Positions 18,293 through 29,474 are shown, counted from the stretch's first letter. The stretch is 48,017 nucleotides of DNA from Gemmatimonadota bacterium (GCA_036679645.1 JAZDCY010000071.1:1-48017); one strand, 5' to 3'. Numbers and translations are program-made. Notes: generated by a model from the letters alone, not told the origin.

Positions 18293-19111
18293 CTATTGCC
18301 CGAACACATCGGTGAGATCGAGCGCCGGTCCGATGAGAATGATCGTATGGGAGACGGCGGAGGGGTGGACCGCCGGCTGAACCCAGTATGTGCGTGAGAG
18401 TCCCTCGATCTCGTCGGCGACTCCTGTGACGTACCCGAGTGGTATTCCGCGTGGGTAGACGCCACCGAACCCCGCGGTGAAGAGCCGGGTCCCATTGGGC
18501 ACGCGCTGTCCGAACGGGACCCCTGTGAGCTCGAGGATGGGTTCGACCCTTCCGGCGCCTGCTGGTCCGACGATGCCAAACACCGTCCCTTCGAGTGTCA
18601 TGGCGCTCGCTCGAAAGTCGGGATGCTGCCATGTCACGGCGATCGAGCGATCGCCGTCCACCGTGCGCACGACGCCAAGGAGACCTGCGGGCGAAAGGAC
18701 GGGGGACATCGGGCGCACGCCGTTGTTGGCGCCGGCTGTCAGCAAAAGGGTGAGCCCGTCCACTGGACTCGATTGGTGGAGCACTTCCGCGCTGACGTAT
18801 CGGGTTGAGATACGTGCGCCGAGATCCAGCAACTCCCGGAGCCGATCGTTTTCCTCGCGCACCGCCCCGAGTTCCATCGCCGCGAGCGCGGCCGAGTCTC
18901 GTGCGGCGACCACTGCAGCAAATCGTGCGCGCGAGGTACGAAAACGCTCTGCCTGAAGTTGAATCTCGAGTAACGGGGCGAGAATGGTGTTCCGCGTTCC
19001 CGACGCGACCCATGTCTGCACGCTGTCTGGAGCCACGCGGGCCGCCAGCGACAGTACGACGCAGACAGCGAACGCGAGCGTGTCCCAACGTGACGTGAAC
19101 CGCTCGGGCAC
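18293..19111 (-). CDS. mreC: Rod shape-determining protein MreC
   Basis: EENDRLRELL coiled coil; TAGFGGVYPRGIPLG. Confidence 0.9.
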   Translation of the reverse strand: MPERFTSRWDTLAFAVCVVLSLAARVAPDSVQTWVASGTRNTILAPLLEIQLQAERFRTSRARFAAVVAARDSAALAAMELGAVREENDRLRELLDLGARISTRYVSAEVLHQSSPVDGLTLLLTAGANNGVRPMSPVLSPAGLLGVVRTVDGDRSIAVTWQHPDFRASAMTLEGTVFGIVGPAGAGRVEPILELTGVPFGQRVPNGTRLFTAGFGGVYPRGIPLGYVTGVADEIEGLSRTYWVQPAVHPSAVSHTIILIGPALDLTDVFGQ

Positions 19112-19136
19112 AGCCGCTCCCTGCCTCAGGTCGAGG

Positions 19137-20174
19137 TTAGGTCGAGAGTACCGACCGGTACTTCTCGGGATCGTCCAAGATACGACCAGTTCCCCGTACG
19201 ACGCACGTCAGCGGGTCCTCGTCCACCCGGATCGGGAGGGACGTCTCTTGAGACAGCAACACGTCCAGCCCGCGGATCAGTGAGCCACCTCCCGCCATCA
19301 CGATGCCGCGATCCACGATGTCGCTGGCCAATTCTGGAGGCGTGATCTCCAACGCTCTTCGCACAGCGTCGACGATCTGCTGGATGGGTTCCTGGATAGC
19401 CTCGCGGATTTCGCTGGAGTGGATGCGAACCACCTTGGGGATTCCGGATACCAGGTCGCGTCCCTTGGCTTCCATCTCTTGCTCTTCGCCTACCGCCGCA
19501 GCGGTGCCGATCTGTATCTTGATGCTTTCGGCAGTGGGCTCGCCGATCAGGAGATTGTAGTTCTTGCGCATGAACTGCACGATCGCCTGGTCGAGTTCGT
19601 CACCGCCCGTTCGAATGGATGTATCGCTCACGATGCCCGACAGCGCGATCACCGCGATCTCCGTCGTGCCTCCACCGATGTCGATCACCATGTTGCCAGT
19701 GGGTGTCTCGACCGGCAGCCCGACGCCGATTGCGGCCGCCATTGGTTCGGCGACCATATAGACTTCCTTCGCTCCCGCCGACTGCGCGCTGTCGCGAACC
19801 GCGCGCTTCTCGACCTCCGTGATGCCACTCGGTACACAGACCACAACCTTGGGCTTCACGCGAAAGACATGTTTGTTGATGATCGACGAAAGGAAGTACC
19901 GCAACATCCTCTCGGTGACGTCGAAGTCGGCTATCACGCCGTCCTTCAGCGGGCGAACCGCCATGATGTTGTCCGGCGTGCGCCCCAGCATCCGCTTCGC
20001 CTCGAGTCCAATCCCCTGTATCTTCCCCGACCCTTTTTCTATTGCCACAACCGAGGGCTCGTTCAACACGATGCCCTCACCGCGCACGTAGATCAGGGTA
20101 TTGGATGTCCCTAGATCGACGGCGATCTCGTTCGCGGGTAGCCAACTGCCGACCTTAAGCTTGGGCCAGCGCAT
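19137..20174 (-). CDS. mreB: Actin-like protein MreB
   Basis: DLGTSNT, EPMAAAIG, DIGGGTT. Confidence 0.97.
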   Translation of the reverse strand: MRWPKLKVGSWLPANEIAVDLGTSNTLIYVRGEGIVLNEPSVVAIEKGSGKIQGIGLEAKRMLGRTPDNIMAVRPLKDGVIADFDVTERMLRYFLSSIINKHVFRVKPKVVVCVPSGITEVEKRAVRDSAQSAGAKEVYMVAEPMAAAIGVGLPVETPTGNMVIDIGGGTTEIAVIALSGIVSDTSIRTGGDELDQAIVQFMRKNYNLLIGEPTAESIKIQIGTAAAVGEEQEMEAKGRDLVSGIPKVVRIHSSEIREAIQEPIQQIVDAVRRALEITPPELASDIVDRGIVMAGGGSLIRGLDVLLSQETSLPIRVDEDPLTCVVRGTGRILDDPEKYRSVLST

Positions 20175-20244
20175 TTGCTCTCGGGCTGGGGTTGTGAGGG
20201 GGGTCCAGGCGCCTGATATCCTGGAGCGTTGCACGAGCGCACCA

Positions 20245-20273
20245 ACTATAACTGATGCGCTAAGTCAAAGCAA
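20245..20273 (-). promoter_or_regulatory. Putative sigma70 promoter of the mre operon
   Basis: TTGCTT-17 nt-TATAGT on the minus strand. Confidence 0.55.
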
Positions 20274-20336
20274 GATGGGAAGTTAAAGGGCTCAATCGAT
20301 GCCGCGGCCACGGGCCAGAAACGGCACGAAAACCAC

Positions 20337-21449
20337 CTACAGCACCGCCGCCACGTCAACGAGATCCAGCCCAAAGGCCTCTGCGACGCCAGGGTACACG
20401 ACCTGACCCCCGACCACGTTCAGTCCCAGAGCCAGCCCGCCATCGGCTGCGCACGCGCGCTTCCAGCCATGCTTGGCGATTCTCCGGGCATACGGGAACG
20501 TGGCATTGGTCAGTGCCAGGGTGGACGTTCGTGGTACCGCGCCCGGCATGTTGGCGACGCCGTAGTGTACCACGCCGTCCACGACATACGTCGGATTCTC
20601 GTGGGTGGTCGGCTTGATAGTCTCGACACATCCCCCCTGATCGACCGCGACGTCAACCACGACGGCGCCGTCCTGCATGGCGGCAAGATCGCCCCTCAGG
20701 ATCAGGCTCGGCGCCTTGGCCCCCGGTACGAGCACGGCGCCGACTACCAGATCTGCCTTGGCCAACCGCTCCAGGAGGTTGTGCCGATTGGAGTAGATGA
20801 GATCGACGTTGGCGGGCATGACGTCGTCGAGATAGCGGAGCCGGTCGAGCGAGAGATCCAGAATCGTGACGTGAGCCCCGAGTCCCGCCGCCATCTTCGC
20901 AGCATTCGTCCCGACGACACCCCCACCAATGACGAGCACCTCCGCCCTCGTCACGCCAGGCACGCCGCCAAGCAGTATGCCCCGTCCGCCCTGTAGCTTC
21001 TCGAGGTACTTCGCTCCTTCCTGCACCGCCATCCGGCCGGCCACCTCGCTCATGGGAGTGAGCAGCGGAAGTTCACCGGAGGGCAACTGAACCGTTTCAT
21101 AGGCGATCGTAACCGCCTTCGTCTCGATCAGCGCCCGGGTCAGTTGCTCGTCCGCGGCGAAGTGGAAGTACGTGAAGATCACGTGCTCGGCTCGTATCTT
21201 GGGCCACTCGGGAGCTATCGGTTCCTTTACCTTGATGATCAGCTCGGCCTGTGCCCAGACGTCGTCCGCGCACGCTGCTATTGTGGCTCCTACCGCCGCG
21301 TATTGGTCGTCGCCAAAGCCGCTCCCGACACCTGCAGTGGCTTCGACCAGCACCGAATGTCCGTCCTGAACGAGCGTATCGGCTCCCGCCGGCACGAGGG
21401 CAATGCGGTTCTCGTTGGTCTTGATCTCCTTGGGTACGCCAATGATCAT
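20337..21449 (-). CDS. ald: Alanine dehydrogenase
   Basis: [40 protein letters not shown]. Confidence 0.96.
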   Translation of the reverse strand: MIIGVPKEIKTNENRIALVPAGADTLVQDGHSVLVEATAGVGSGFGDDQYAAVGATIAACADDVWAQAELIIKVKEPIAPEWPKIRAEHVIFTYFHFAADEQLTRALIETKAVTIAYETVQLPSGELPLLTPMSEVAGRMAVQEGAKYLEKLQGGRGILLGGVPGVTRAEVLVIGGGVVGTNAAKMAAGLGAHVTILDLSLDRLRYLDDVMPANVDLIYSNRHNLLERLAKADLVVGAVLVPGAKAPSLILRGDLAAMQDGAVVVDVAVDQGGCVETIKPTTHENPTYVVDGVVHYGVANMPGAVPRTSTLALTNATFPYARRIAKHGWKRACAADGGLALGLNVVGGQVVYPGVAEAFGLDLVDVAAVL

Positions 21450-21474
21450 CGCAGTCTTGCCCTCGGAGGATGGG

Positions 21475-22667
21475 TCAGTTGGGCCCGAGCCAGACCGTCG
21501 TGTGCCGCTCGGGTGCGAGGAAGGCTGCACTCACCGACGCTACGTGGTCAACCGTCACGGCATCGATCTCGGCGAGCGTTTGGTCGATGGTCCGATAGGG
21601 CTCGCCGTGTAGCGGGAACGCCGCGAGACGGTGCATCCTGGTACCCGGATGCTCCAGCGACAGGACAATCTGGCCCCGGACTTGTTGTTTCACCTCGTCG
21701 AGTGCCTCGGCATCGAGCCCCTCGGTGGCTAGACTACGTAGACGCCGGTGACTCCACCGTGCCGGTAGAATGACTGGAAAGAGTACACGCTGTACGCAAG
21801 ACCTTGCTCTTCACGGACCCGCTGGAAGAGCCTGCTCGACATCCCGCCTCCCAGGACCGTGTTCACGAGGATCAGCGCATAGCGACGCGGGTCGTGATAG
21901 GGGACCGTGTCGGTGCCCAGGACCAGGTGTGTCTGAGCCGCGTCGCGCGGCACCTTGCGCGTCGTCCGTTTCGCCGCGGGCAACTCCGGCACCCCGGTCA
22001 GCTCTGGGCCCGCTGGGTCGGTAAACCACCCACACCGGGCGAGCAGTTTCAGCAGGATCTCGTGGTCGATCTTGCCAGCTGCAGTGATGACTATATGGCG
22101 TGGATGGTATGCCCGGCCGTGCAGCGCTCGCAGGTCCGCCGCGCCCAGGACCTCCACGGTCTGCCGCGTTCCGAGAATTGGGAACCCGTAGGGATGAGTC
22201 GGCCACAGCGTCTCGGTGTGCAGATCGAAGACGAGATCCTCGGGAGTGTCCTCAACCGTGCTGATCTCTTCCAGTACGACCTGACGCTCGAGGTCGAGAT
22301 CACCTCCCCGCAGGAGCGGATGTCGCACCAGGTCGGTCAGGACATCGAGCGCCCGCGGCAGGTCCTCCTCGAGGACGCGCGCCTGATACGATGTGTGGTC
22401 GCGACTCGTGTAGGCATCGAGCGCGCCGCCCCGAACCTCGAGTTCGAGTGCGATGTCGTGCGCGGAGCGGCGCTCAGTGCCCTTGAACACCATGTGCTCG
22501 AGGAGATGCGACACACCCATCTGGGCCCGATTCTCGTTGGCCGACGCGGTCCGGACCCAGACCCCGATGGCCACCGAGCGAACGGAAGGGATGTGCTCGG
22601 ACACGATCGTGATGCCGTTCTCGGCATCGGTGCGGTAGAGTCCGTCGTCCAGCGCAACGGTGCGCAA
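21475..22667 (-). pseudogene. M16 (pitrilysin-family) peptidase with an internal deletion/frameshift near 21732
   Basis: HLLEH (HxxEH) and GGGMSSRLFQ. The frame stops at GVYVV* and resumes in another frame as LATEGLDAEALDEVKQQVRGQ. Confidence 0.8.
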
Positions 22668-22673
22668 TGCGGC

Positions 22674-24758
22674 TCAGTCCTTCTCGATCAACGCCTTACG
22701 GGAGAGCCGCATTTTGCCGCGCCCGTCAACCTCGAGCAGCTTGACGCGTACTGCGTCGCCCTTCTTGACGACATCTTCTGTCCGTTCGGTCCGCGCATGC
22801 TGCAACTCGGAGATGTGCAGCAGTCCTTCGGTGCCCGGGAGGATCTCGACGAACGCGCCAAAAGCCGTCGTGCTCTTGACGACCCCTTCGTAGATCTGGC
22901 CGACTTCTGGTTCCTGGACGAGCTGAGCGATCATGTCCCGCGCCCGCTCGCCGGCCTGCCCGTCTACCGCCGAGACAGTGACGAGCCCGGAGTCGTCGAC
23001 GTTGATCTGTGCACCGGTTTCTTCCTGGATGCCGCGAATCACCTTGCCCTTGGGGCCGATGATATTGCCGATCTTTTCAGGATTTATCTGGATCGTGATG
23101 ATGCGCGGTGCGTAACGCGAGAGGGACGTGCGTGGCTCTGGCATCGTGGTCGCCATCGCGTCGAGGATGTGCATGCGCGCGTCTTTTGCTTGCTGCAGCG
23201 CGTCACGGACGATCTGGAGGTCGAGCCCCTGGATCTTGATGTCCATCTGAATCGACGTGATACCATCCCGCGTACCGGCGACCTTGAAGTCCATATCGCC
23301 CAGGTGATCCTCGGTCCCCAGGATGTCGGTCAGGACGGCCATCTTCTCGCCATCCGAGATCAACCCCATGGCGACCCCGGCACAAGGAGCTTTCATGGGC
23401 ACACCCGCATCCATGAGGGCGAGCGACCCACCACACACGGTGGCCATCGACGACGAGCCGTTCGATTCGAGGATTTCCGAGACGACGCGAATTGTGTACG
23501 GGAACTCTTCGTAGGAAGGAAGGAGCGCCTGCAGCGCGCGCTCGGCTAGCGCGCCGTGCCCGATCTCGCGGCGTGATACTCCGCGTATCATCTTCACTTC
23601 CCCCGTGCAAAAAGGCGGGAAGTTGTAGTGTAGCATGAAGCTCTTGGTGGTTTCCTGGACGAGATCGATGTTGTCTATGCGCTGTTCGTCAGAGACGCTG
23701 CCGAGCGTCGTACTCACGAGCGCCTGTGTCTGCCCACGCGTGAAGAGTGCCGAGCCGTGCGCCCGAGGCAGTAGGCCCACGTCACAGGTGATGGGCCGCA
23801 CCGTGGTGAGATCTCTCCCGTCGATCCGCTCGCCGCGTTCCAGCACCTGTCGCCGCATGGTTGTGGATTCGATATCTCCCACAACCGCTGCCACGTCCCG
23901 CAGCTGCTCAGGGAACTCATCGTTGAGTTCCTCCACTACGCTCTTCTTGACGGCAGCCATGGCCTGGGCTCGTTCACTCTTCTCAGGCAGGTTGAGCGCC
24001 TCGGCGACACGGTCCCCGACGATGTCACGAACCCGAGACACAACATCTTCGGCCGGACCGAGCGCGGTCCATTCCATCTTGGTCGGGGACACTCCATCGA
24101 TGATCTCGCCTTCCATCCCCACGAGTTCACGAATACCGCCCTGCGCGAACTCGAGTGCGCCGACCAATTCCTCTTCCGAGAGTTCGAGTGAGCCGCCCTC
24201 GACCATCATGATCGAATCTTGCGATCCGGCGACCACGAGATCGATGTCGCTGAACTCCAGCTGCTGAAAAGTCGGGTTCATGAGCCACTCGCCCTCAACC
24301 CGCCCGACGCGGACACCCGCGATCGGCCCGCTCCACGGCACCGTGGAGACCGAGAGGGCGAGCGATGCCGCGGTCAGCCCGAGCACGTCGGCGTCGTTTT
24401 CCTGATCGGCAGACAGAACGTACAGGAAGACCTGCACTTCGTTCTTGAATCCCTTGGGAAACAGCGGCCGGATCGAGCGATCGATCAGTCGGCAGGCGAG
24501 GATCTCCTCATCGCTCGGGCGCCCCTCGCGCTTGATGAACCCTCCCGGAAACTTGCCCGCCGCATAGGTCTTCTCGCGGAACTCGACTGTCAGCGGAAAG
24601 AAGGGCAGGTGGGATTGCTTGTCCGAGACGGTGACGGCGGCGAGGATGAGCGTATCGCCGTGTTGAATGACGGCGCTACCAGCCGCCTGCTTGGCCAGTC
24701 GGCCGGTCTCGAACCGAAAGGGACGACCGGCGAATTGCCGCTCCAGATGTTGTACCAT
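22674..24758 (-). CDS. pnp: Polyribonucleotide nucleotidyltransferase
   Basis: RLIDRSIRP, RREIGHG, ESNGSSSMA, GDMDFKVAG; KH and S1 domains. Confidence 0.97.
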   Translation of the reverse strand: MVQHLERQFAGRPFRFETGRLAKQAAGSAVIQHGDTLILAAVTVSDKQSHLPFFPLTVEFREKTYAAGKFPGGFIKREGRPSDEEILACRLIDRSIRPLFPKGFKNEVQVFLYVLSADQENDADVLGLTAASLALSVSTVPWSGPIAGVRVGRVEGEWLMNPTFQQLEFSDIDLVVAGSQDSIMMVEGGSLELSEEELVGALEFAQGGIRELVGMEGEIIDGVSPTKMEWTALGPAEDVVSRVRDIVGDRVAEALNLPEKSERAQAMAAVKKSVVEELNDEFPEQLRDVAAVVGDIESTTMRRQVLERGERIDGRDLTTVRPITCDVGLLPRAHGSALFTRGQTQALVSTTLGSVSDEQRIDNIDLVQETTKSFMLHYNFPPFCTGEVKMIRGVSRREIGHGALAERALQALLPSYEEFPYTIRVVSEILESNGSSSMATVCGGSLALMDAGVPMKAPCAGVAMGLISDGEKMAVLTDILGTEDHLGDMDFKVAGTRDGITSIQMDIKIQGLDLQIVRDALQQAKDARMHILDAMATTMPEPRTSLSRYAPRIITIQINPEKIGNIIGPKGKVIRGIQEETGAQINVDDSGLVTVSAVDGQAGERARDMIAQLVQEPEVGQIYEGVVKSTTAFGAFVEILPGTEGLLHISELQHARTERTEDVVKKGDAVRVKLLEVDGRGKMRLSRKALIEKD

Positions 24759-24811
24759 GATGTTCCTTGTAGAGCACTTGCGAATACACGAAGGCGCCCG
24801 AGGTGCTCGAC

Positions 24812-25072
24812 CTAGCGACGGAGTCCGAGTTCTTGAATGAGCTTGCGATACCCGTCGAGATCGGTACGCTTCATGTACACGAGCAGGCGGCGCCGCTTGC
24901 TCACCATCTGCAAGAGGCCGTGGCGGGAGTGATGATCCTTCGCGTGATCGCGGAAGTGTCCGGTGAGCGAGTTGATGCGCTCGGTGAGGAGCGCGATCTG
25001 TACTTGGGTGGATCCGGTATCTGTGGGAGCGTGTTGATGCTGCTCGATCACTGCCTGCTTGTCAAAGCCCAT
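24812..25072 (-). CDS. rpsO: 30S ribosomal protein S15
   Basis: [24 protein letters not shown]. Confidence 0.97.
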   Translation of the reverse strand: MGFDKQAVIEQHQHAPTDTGSTQVQIALLTERINSLTGHFRDHAKDHHSRHGLLQMVSKRRRLLVYMKRTDLDGYRKLIQELGLRR

Positions 25073-25175
25073 GAATTGCGTATCCTCAAATGAGCGCGGG
25101 CGCGCTCGCGTCTTTAGTCTTATCCGTTACAGAACTTAAACTTAGCCCACCTCTACTCTCCTGTAAAGCCCGGAC

Positions 25176-26153
25176 GTGACCCTCGATCCCAACGACCTGA
25201 TTGGCCGCGAGATTGGGCCATACCGCCTCGACCGACTGCTGGGCCAGGGCGGATTCGCCTGGGTGTTTGCAGGCCAGCGACGCGACAACGGTGCCCCGGT
25301 CGCGGTGAAGATCCTGAAGCCAAGGTATTCCGGCGACCGGCAGTTCGAGAGCCGGTTCCGGAACGAGTTCAAGGTCGCCGGCAAGTTGGACCACCCGCAC
25401 ATCGTCCGGATCGATGAGGTGGGAACCGCCGATGGCGTGACCTACATGGCCATGCCGCTCTATCCCGACTCGCTGGCATCGGTCCTCGAGCGAGAGCAGG
25501 CCCTTCCCGAGGCCCGGATCGTGCCAATCGCCATCGACATTGCGAGCGCCCTCGCGTACGCACACCGGGACGGGATCGTCCACCGGGACATCAAGGTGGA
25601 CAACATCCTGCTGCAGGAAGACGGCAGCGCGGCCTTGGGCGACTTTGGGATCGCGCGCGCCGTGTCCGGCTATACGTCGGCGACCGGTCTCAACATGACG
25701 ATCGGGACACCGCATTACGTCTCGCCCGAGCAGGCGCAGGGACGCAAACTCGATGGCCGCAGCGATATCTATGCGCTGGGGGTGACGCTCTACAAGGCGG
25801 TCACGGGCGAACTGCCCTTTCGGTCCACCGATTGGTTCGAGCTGGCCCGCATGCACGTGGAAGACAGTCCCGAGCCACCCTCAAAGAAACGCGAGGGCGT
25901 CTCCCGTCGGTTTGAGCGTGTGATCCTCCGCTGCCTCGCCAAACATCCGGACGACAGGTACGGGTCGGCGGAAGAGCTGGAGGAGGACCTGCGGTTGCTG
26001 GTGGCGGGTCAGAAGCGGACCGAAGAGTACACCATGCCCCCTGCGGCCGTCCTGGCCGAAGACGAGGGAGGACTGCACTGGGTGATGATCCTCGCAGCCC
26101 TTGCGGTGATCGCGCTGGTCGCCATGGCGGTCGTGATCTTCGGGAGGCGCTAG
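25176..26153 (+). CDS. Hanks-type Ser/Thr protein kinase with a C-terminal TM anchor
   Basis: GQGGFA, VAVK, HRDIKVDN, DFG, GTPHYVSPE, DIYALG. Confidence 0.93.
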   Translation: MTLDPNDLIGREIGPYRLDRLLGQGGFAWVFAGQRRDNGAPVAVKILKPRYSGDRQFESRFRNEFKVAGKLDHPHIVRIDEVGTADGVTYMAMPLYPDSLASVLEREQALPEARIVPIAIDIASALAYAHRDGIVHRDIKVDNILLQEDGSAALGDFGIARAVSGYTSATGLNMTIGTPHYVSPEQAQGRKLDGRSDIYALGVTLYKAVTGELPFRSTDWFELARMHVEDSPEPPSKKREGVSRRFERVILRCLAKHPDDRYGSAEELEEDLRLLVAGQKRTEEYTMPPAAVLAEDEGGLHWVMILAALAVIALVAMAVVIFGRR

Positions 26154-27523
26154 CCGCCGATTATCCGGTAGAGATCGTTGAAGATCACGAAGACCACCAG
26201 CACCAGCAGCGCGGCCAGGCCGACCTGTGTGAAGCGCATCTTGATGCTGACCGAGACGGGTTTCCTGGTAATCCCCTCGATCAGCAGGAACATCAGGTGT
26301 CCGCCATCCAACACCGGGATGGGCAGCAGGTTGAAAATGGCCAGGTTGATCGAGATGAACGCCATGAAGCCCATGAAGGCCGTCGGCCCGAGGCGGGCCG
26401 CCTGCCCCGACAGTTGGCCGATGATGATAGGCCCACCGAGTTCCTTAGGTGACACGCGCGCGGTGACCAGCGCGCGGACCGTGAACGCCACCTGCGCGAC
26501 GCCGCCAACGGTCTGCCGCAATCCCTCGCCGACGGCGGCGACGACCCCGAAGCGAATCCGCTCGATTGGGACGAACGGCCCAATCCCGATGAAACCGACC
26601 TTGCGGTCGCCGGTCGCTGTCGGGTCACGGGTCGATTCGGGGACTTCGTCCGGCACGAGCGCAATTTCCAGGACATCCGATCGGCGGAGCACCGTGAGGA
26701 CTACCGTGTCGCCGGCGGCGGGCCCAATGGCGGCCAAGAGATCGCCCCAATGCCGCACCGAATCGCCGTCGGTGCGCACGATGAGATCGCCCGCCTGGAG
26801 CCCGGCACGTGATCCTGGTCGCCCCGGTGTCACCACGTCGATGCGCGCCTCCCTGAGCGGGATCAGCGCGCGGTAGATATCCACTCGCTCGGTGGCGGCG
26901 GTCCCCGGGATCCGCAGGATCACCGGGTCGAGCCCATCGGCAAAGTCGATCCGGAGTCGATCGCTGCGTATGTCCAGCACCCCGTCTCGAACATCTTCCC
27001 AGAAACGGACGGAGTCACCGTTGATCATGGTGATCGTCGCACCGAACGGCAGCGTCGACAGTTCCGCGGCCGCCGGTGGCAGCAGGGAATCGACAACACC
27101 GGCAAGAGTGGTCGTCGGCTCCCGCGTCGCCCCGACCGTTGCGGCGATGCCCGTGTAGATGGCCCATGCCAGCACCGCGTTCATGATCACGCCCGCGGAA
27201 AGCACGAATGCCCGGGCCCAGAGCGGCTTGTTCTCGAAGAGCTTCTCGTCGGGGAAGTTGTCGGCCCGGCCGCCCTCGATGGCGGATACCCCGTCCCCTT
27301 CGTCTTCACGCGTGGCCATCTTCACGTAACCGCCAAGTGGGATCCAGGCTACGACGTACTCCGTCTCGCCCCATTGGAATTTCAGCGGTGTGGCGGCGCC
27401 GAATCCGATCGAAAACCGCGGGACCCCTATACCGACGGCCTTGGCAGCCAGGAAGTGTCCCAGTTCGTGCACGAAAATCACGGCACCGAGAAGCACGAAT
27501 GCGGCAAGCAGCGTTACGAGCAT
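26150..27523 (-). CDS. rseP: RIP metalloprotease RseP
   Basis: HELGH, PDZ domain, NLLPIPVLDGG. Confidence 0.95.
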   Translation of the reverse strand: MLVTLLAAFVLLGAVIFVHELGHFLAAKAVGIGVPRFSIGFGAATPLKFQWGETEYVVAWIPLGGYVKMATREDEGDGVSAIEGGRADNFPDEKLFENKPLWARAFVLSAGVIMNAVLAWAIYTGIAATVGATREPTTTLAGVVDSLLPPAAAELSTLPFGATITMINGDSVRFWEDVRDGVLDIRSDRLRIDFADGLDPVILRIPGTAATERVDIYRALIPLREARIDVVTPGRPGSRAGLQAGDLIVRTDGDSVRHWGDLLAAIGPAAGDTVVLTVLRRSDVLEIALVPDEVPESTRDPTATGDRKVGFIGIGPFVPIERIRFGVVAAVGEGLRQTVGGVAQVAFTVRALVTARVSPKELGGPIIIGQLSGQAARLGPTAFMGFMAFISINLAIFNLLPIPVLDGGHLMFLLIEGITRKPVSVSIKMRFTQVGLAALLVLVVFVIFNDLYRIIGG

Positions 27524-28611
27524 GCCGCCTCCGTGCGTTGCCGGGCCCAGCGGTCGGCCGTGATGAAGCTATTGAGAGATGTGGCGGGTGCCTGCTCATG
27601 CGCCTCCAGCACCGGCGAGATGATCTCGGGAATCCGGCCGAAGGGAATGGCGCCTTCCAGAAAGAGACGCACGGCTACCTCATTTGCTGCGTTGAAGACC
27701 GCCGGCGACGTGCCCCCCGCCCGACCGGCGCCAACACCCAGCGCGAACGTCGGGAACGCCTCGTGCCGCACCGGCTCGAACGTGAGCGGCCCGGCGGCGA
27801 CGGGATCGTAACGGCGCACTCCGCCGTCTGCGATCCGGTCGGGATGTGTGAGCGCGTACAGGATGGGTAACTCCATGGTTGGGAACCCGAGTTGTGCAAG
27901 GACAGACCCGTCCACGAACTCCACGAATGCATGGACAATCGACTGCGGGTGGACGATGACCTCGATGGCGTCGTAGGGAAGGCCGAACAGATAGTGAGCC
28001 TCGATCACCTCGAGCGCCTTGTTTGCCAGCGTCGCGCTGTCGACGGTAATCTTGCGGCCCATCTGCCAAGTGGGATGATCGAGTGCTTGGTCGACCGTAG
28101 CCGTACGCACCCGTTGCTCTTCCCATTCACGAAACGGCCCACCGGACGCCGTGAGAATGAGCCGTGACACCTGCTCGCGATGACCCGTGATACACTGGAG
28201 CACGGCGCTGTGTTCGGAGTCAATCGGCACGATCTCGCCGCCACCGGTGCGTGCGGCTTCCAGTACGAGATCTCCGGCCATCACCAACGTCTCTTTGTTT
28301 GCCAGCGCGACCCGCTTGCCCGCTCGTAGTGCCGCGAGCGTTGCCTCGAGGCCGGCCGCCCCGACGATCGCGTTCACGACGGTGTGCACGTCCGGGTGGG
28401 TCGCGGCCTGCACCAGGCAGTCGGGGCCCGAACCGTTGACCAATCCGTGGTACGGTGCCGCGAACTCATCCACCTGCGCGCGCAGCCGTTTCGCGGAGTC
28501 GAACGCCGTGAGCGCCACGACGCGAAAGCGCCGCGGATGACGGCGAATGACGTTCAGCGTACTCGTGCCGATCGACCCGGTCGAGCCGAGAATGGCGATG
28601 CCGCAGGTCAT
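27514..28611 (-). CDS. dxr: 1-deoxy-D-xylulose-5-phosphate reductoisomerase
   Basis: LGSTGSIG, LANKE, PIDSEH, HPTWQMG.KIT.DSAT. Confidence 0.96.
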   Translation of the reverse strand: MTCGIAILGSTGSIGTSTLNVIRRHPRRFRVVALTAFDSAKRLRAQVDEFAAPYHGLVNGSGPDCLVQAATHPDVHTVVNAIVGAAGLEATLAALRAGKRVALANKETLVMAGDLVLEAARTGGGEIVPIDSEHSAVLQCITGHREQVSRLILTASGGPFREWEEQRVRTATVDQALDHPTWQMGRKITVDSATLANKALEVIEAHYLFGLPYDAIEVIVHPQSIVHAFVEFVDGSVLAQLGFPTMELPILYALTHPDRIADGGVRRYDPVAAGPLTFEPVRHEAFPTFALGVGAGRAGGTSPAVFNAANEVAVRLFLEGAIPFGRIPEIISPVLEAHEQAPATSLNSFITADRWARQRTEAACS

Positions 28612-29456
28612 AGGATTCCGTACATTGTCAGAATGAACGCGGCGATCGGCAACACCCAATACAGGGAGTCGAGCCGGTCGAGAACTCCACCGTGTCCGGG
28701 CAGGAGCGTGCCCGAGTCCTTGACGCCCGCCGCGCGCTTCAGCAGTGACTCAGCCAGATCGCCGATCTGGCCGACGACCGACAGGACGAGTCCAAGTAGT
28801 GCCAGCCGCCACCACACAATGTTCACGCCCGCGGGGCTCAGCAAGAGCATTCCATATACAGGTGCAACGAGGGTTGCGAACAGACTGCCGGATACCGTCC
28901 CGGCCCAGGTTTTCTTGGGGCTGACGACCGGAGCTAACTTCGCACCGCCAATGAGCGAGCCGCCGGCCATGGCCATCGAATCGCAGACCCACGTCACTAC
29001 CAGCGGCAGGAACACGAGCCATGTGGCAGCCAGAGGATCGGTCCACCCCTCGGCGTGGCGCAGGACCAGGAGAAAGGCGGGCAGGATACCCGTGTAGATA
29101 GCACCGAAGACGGTGACGGCGATTGCTTCCAGGGGCTGATCATCGGGGCTACGACGGAAGACCGCATTTGCCATGACGAGGATCATCCAGGTCAGTCCAG
29201 CATACGCGATCCATGGTGCTGGGCTGCGCACTGCGGCTAAGACGGCAAACGGGGCGGCGGCCACCCCGATGTACCCGATGCCGGTCAACGGCCGCACGCC
29301 TTTCGCGCGGGCTAGCCTGAACAACTCGTTGATGCCGAGGATGCCCACGATTGCAAGGGCCACGGCGAGCACCCAGCTGCCAACGTACACGAGTGCGAAG
29401 ACGGTCGGGATAGCGATCGCCGCAACGATGATGCGGCGTACGAGAGAAGCGCTCAT
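28608..29456 (-). CDS. cdsA: Phosphatidate cytidylyltransferase
   Basis: SPKKTWAG; GDLAESLLKR..GVKDSG.LLPGHGGVLDRLDS. Confidence 0.95.
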   Translation of the reverse strand: MSASLVRRIIVAAIAIPTVFALVYVGSWVLAVALAIVGILGINELFRLARAKGVRPLTGIGYIGVAAAPFAVLAAVRSPAPWIAYAGLTWMILVMANAVFRRSPDDQPLEAIAVTVFGAIYTGILPAFLLVLRHAEGWTDPLAATWLVFLPLVVTWVCDSMAMAGGSLIGGAKLAPVVSPKKTWAGTVSGSLFATLVAPVYGMLLLSPAGVNIVWWRLALLGLVLSVVGQIGDLAESLLKRAAGVKDSGTLLPGHGGVLDRLDSLYWVLPIAAFILTMYGIL

Positions 29457-29474
29457 GAGGGGAAAGAGGGCTCC

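Noticed and set aside
21804..23549. 581-aa plus-strand ORF
   Set aside because: Antisense shadow of pnp and the M16 peptidase.
25073..25140. Possible S15 leader RNA (GAGCGC/GCGCTC hairpin)
   Set aside because: A single short hairpin is not enough to support a call.
28380..28480. Short N-terminal domain of Dxr as another deletion
   Set aside because: In frame with all catalytic motifs intact; could be natural length variation and cannot be judged without alignment.
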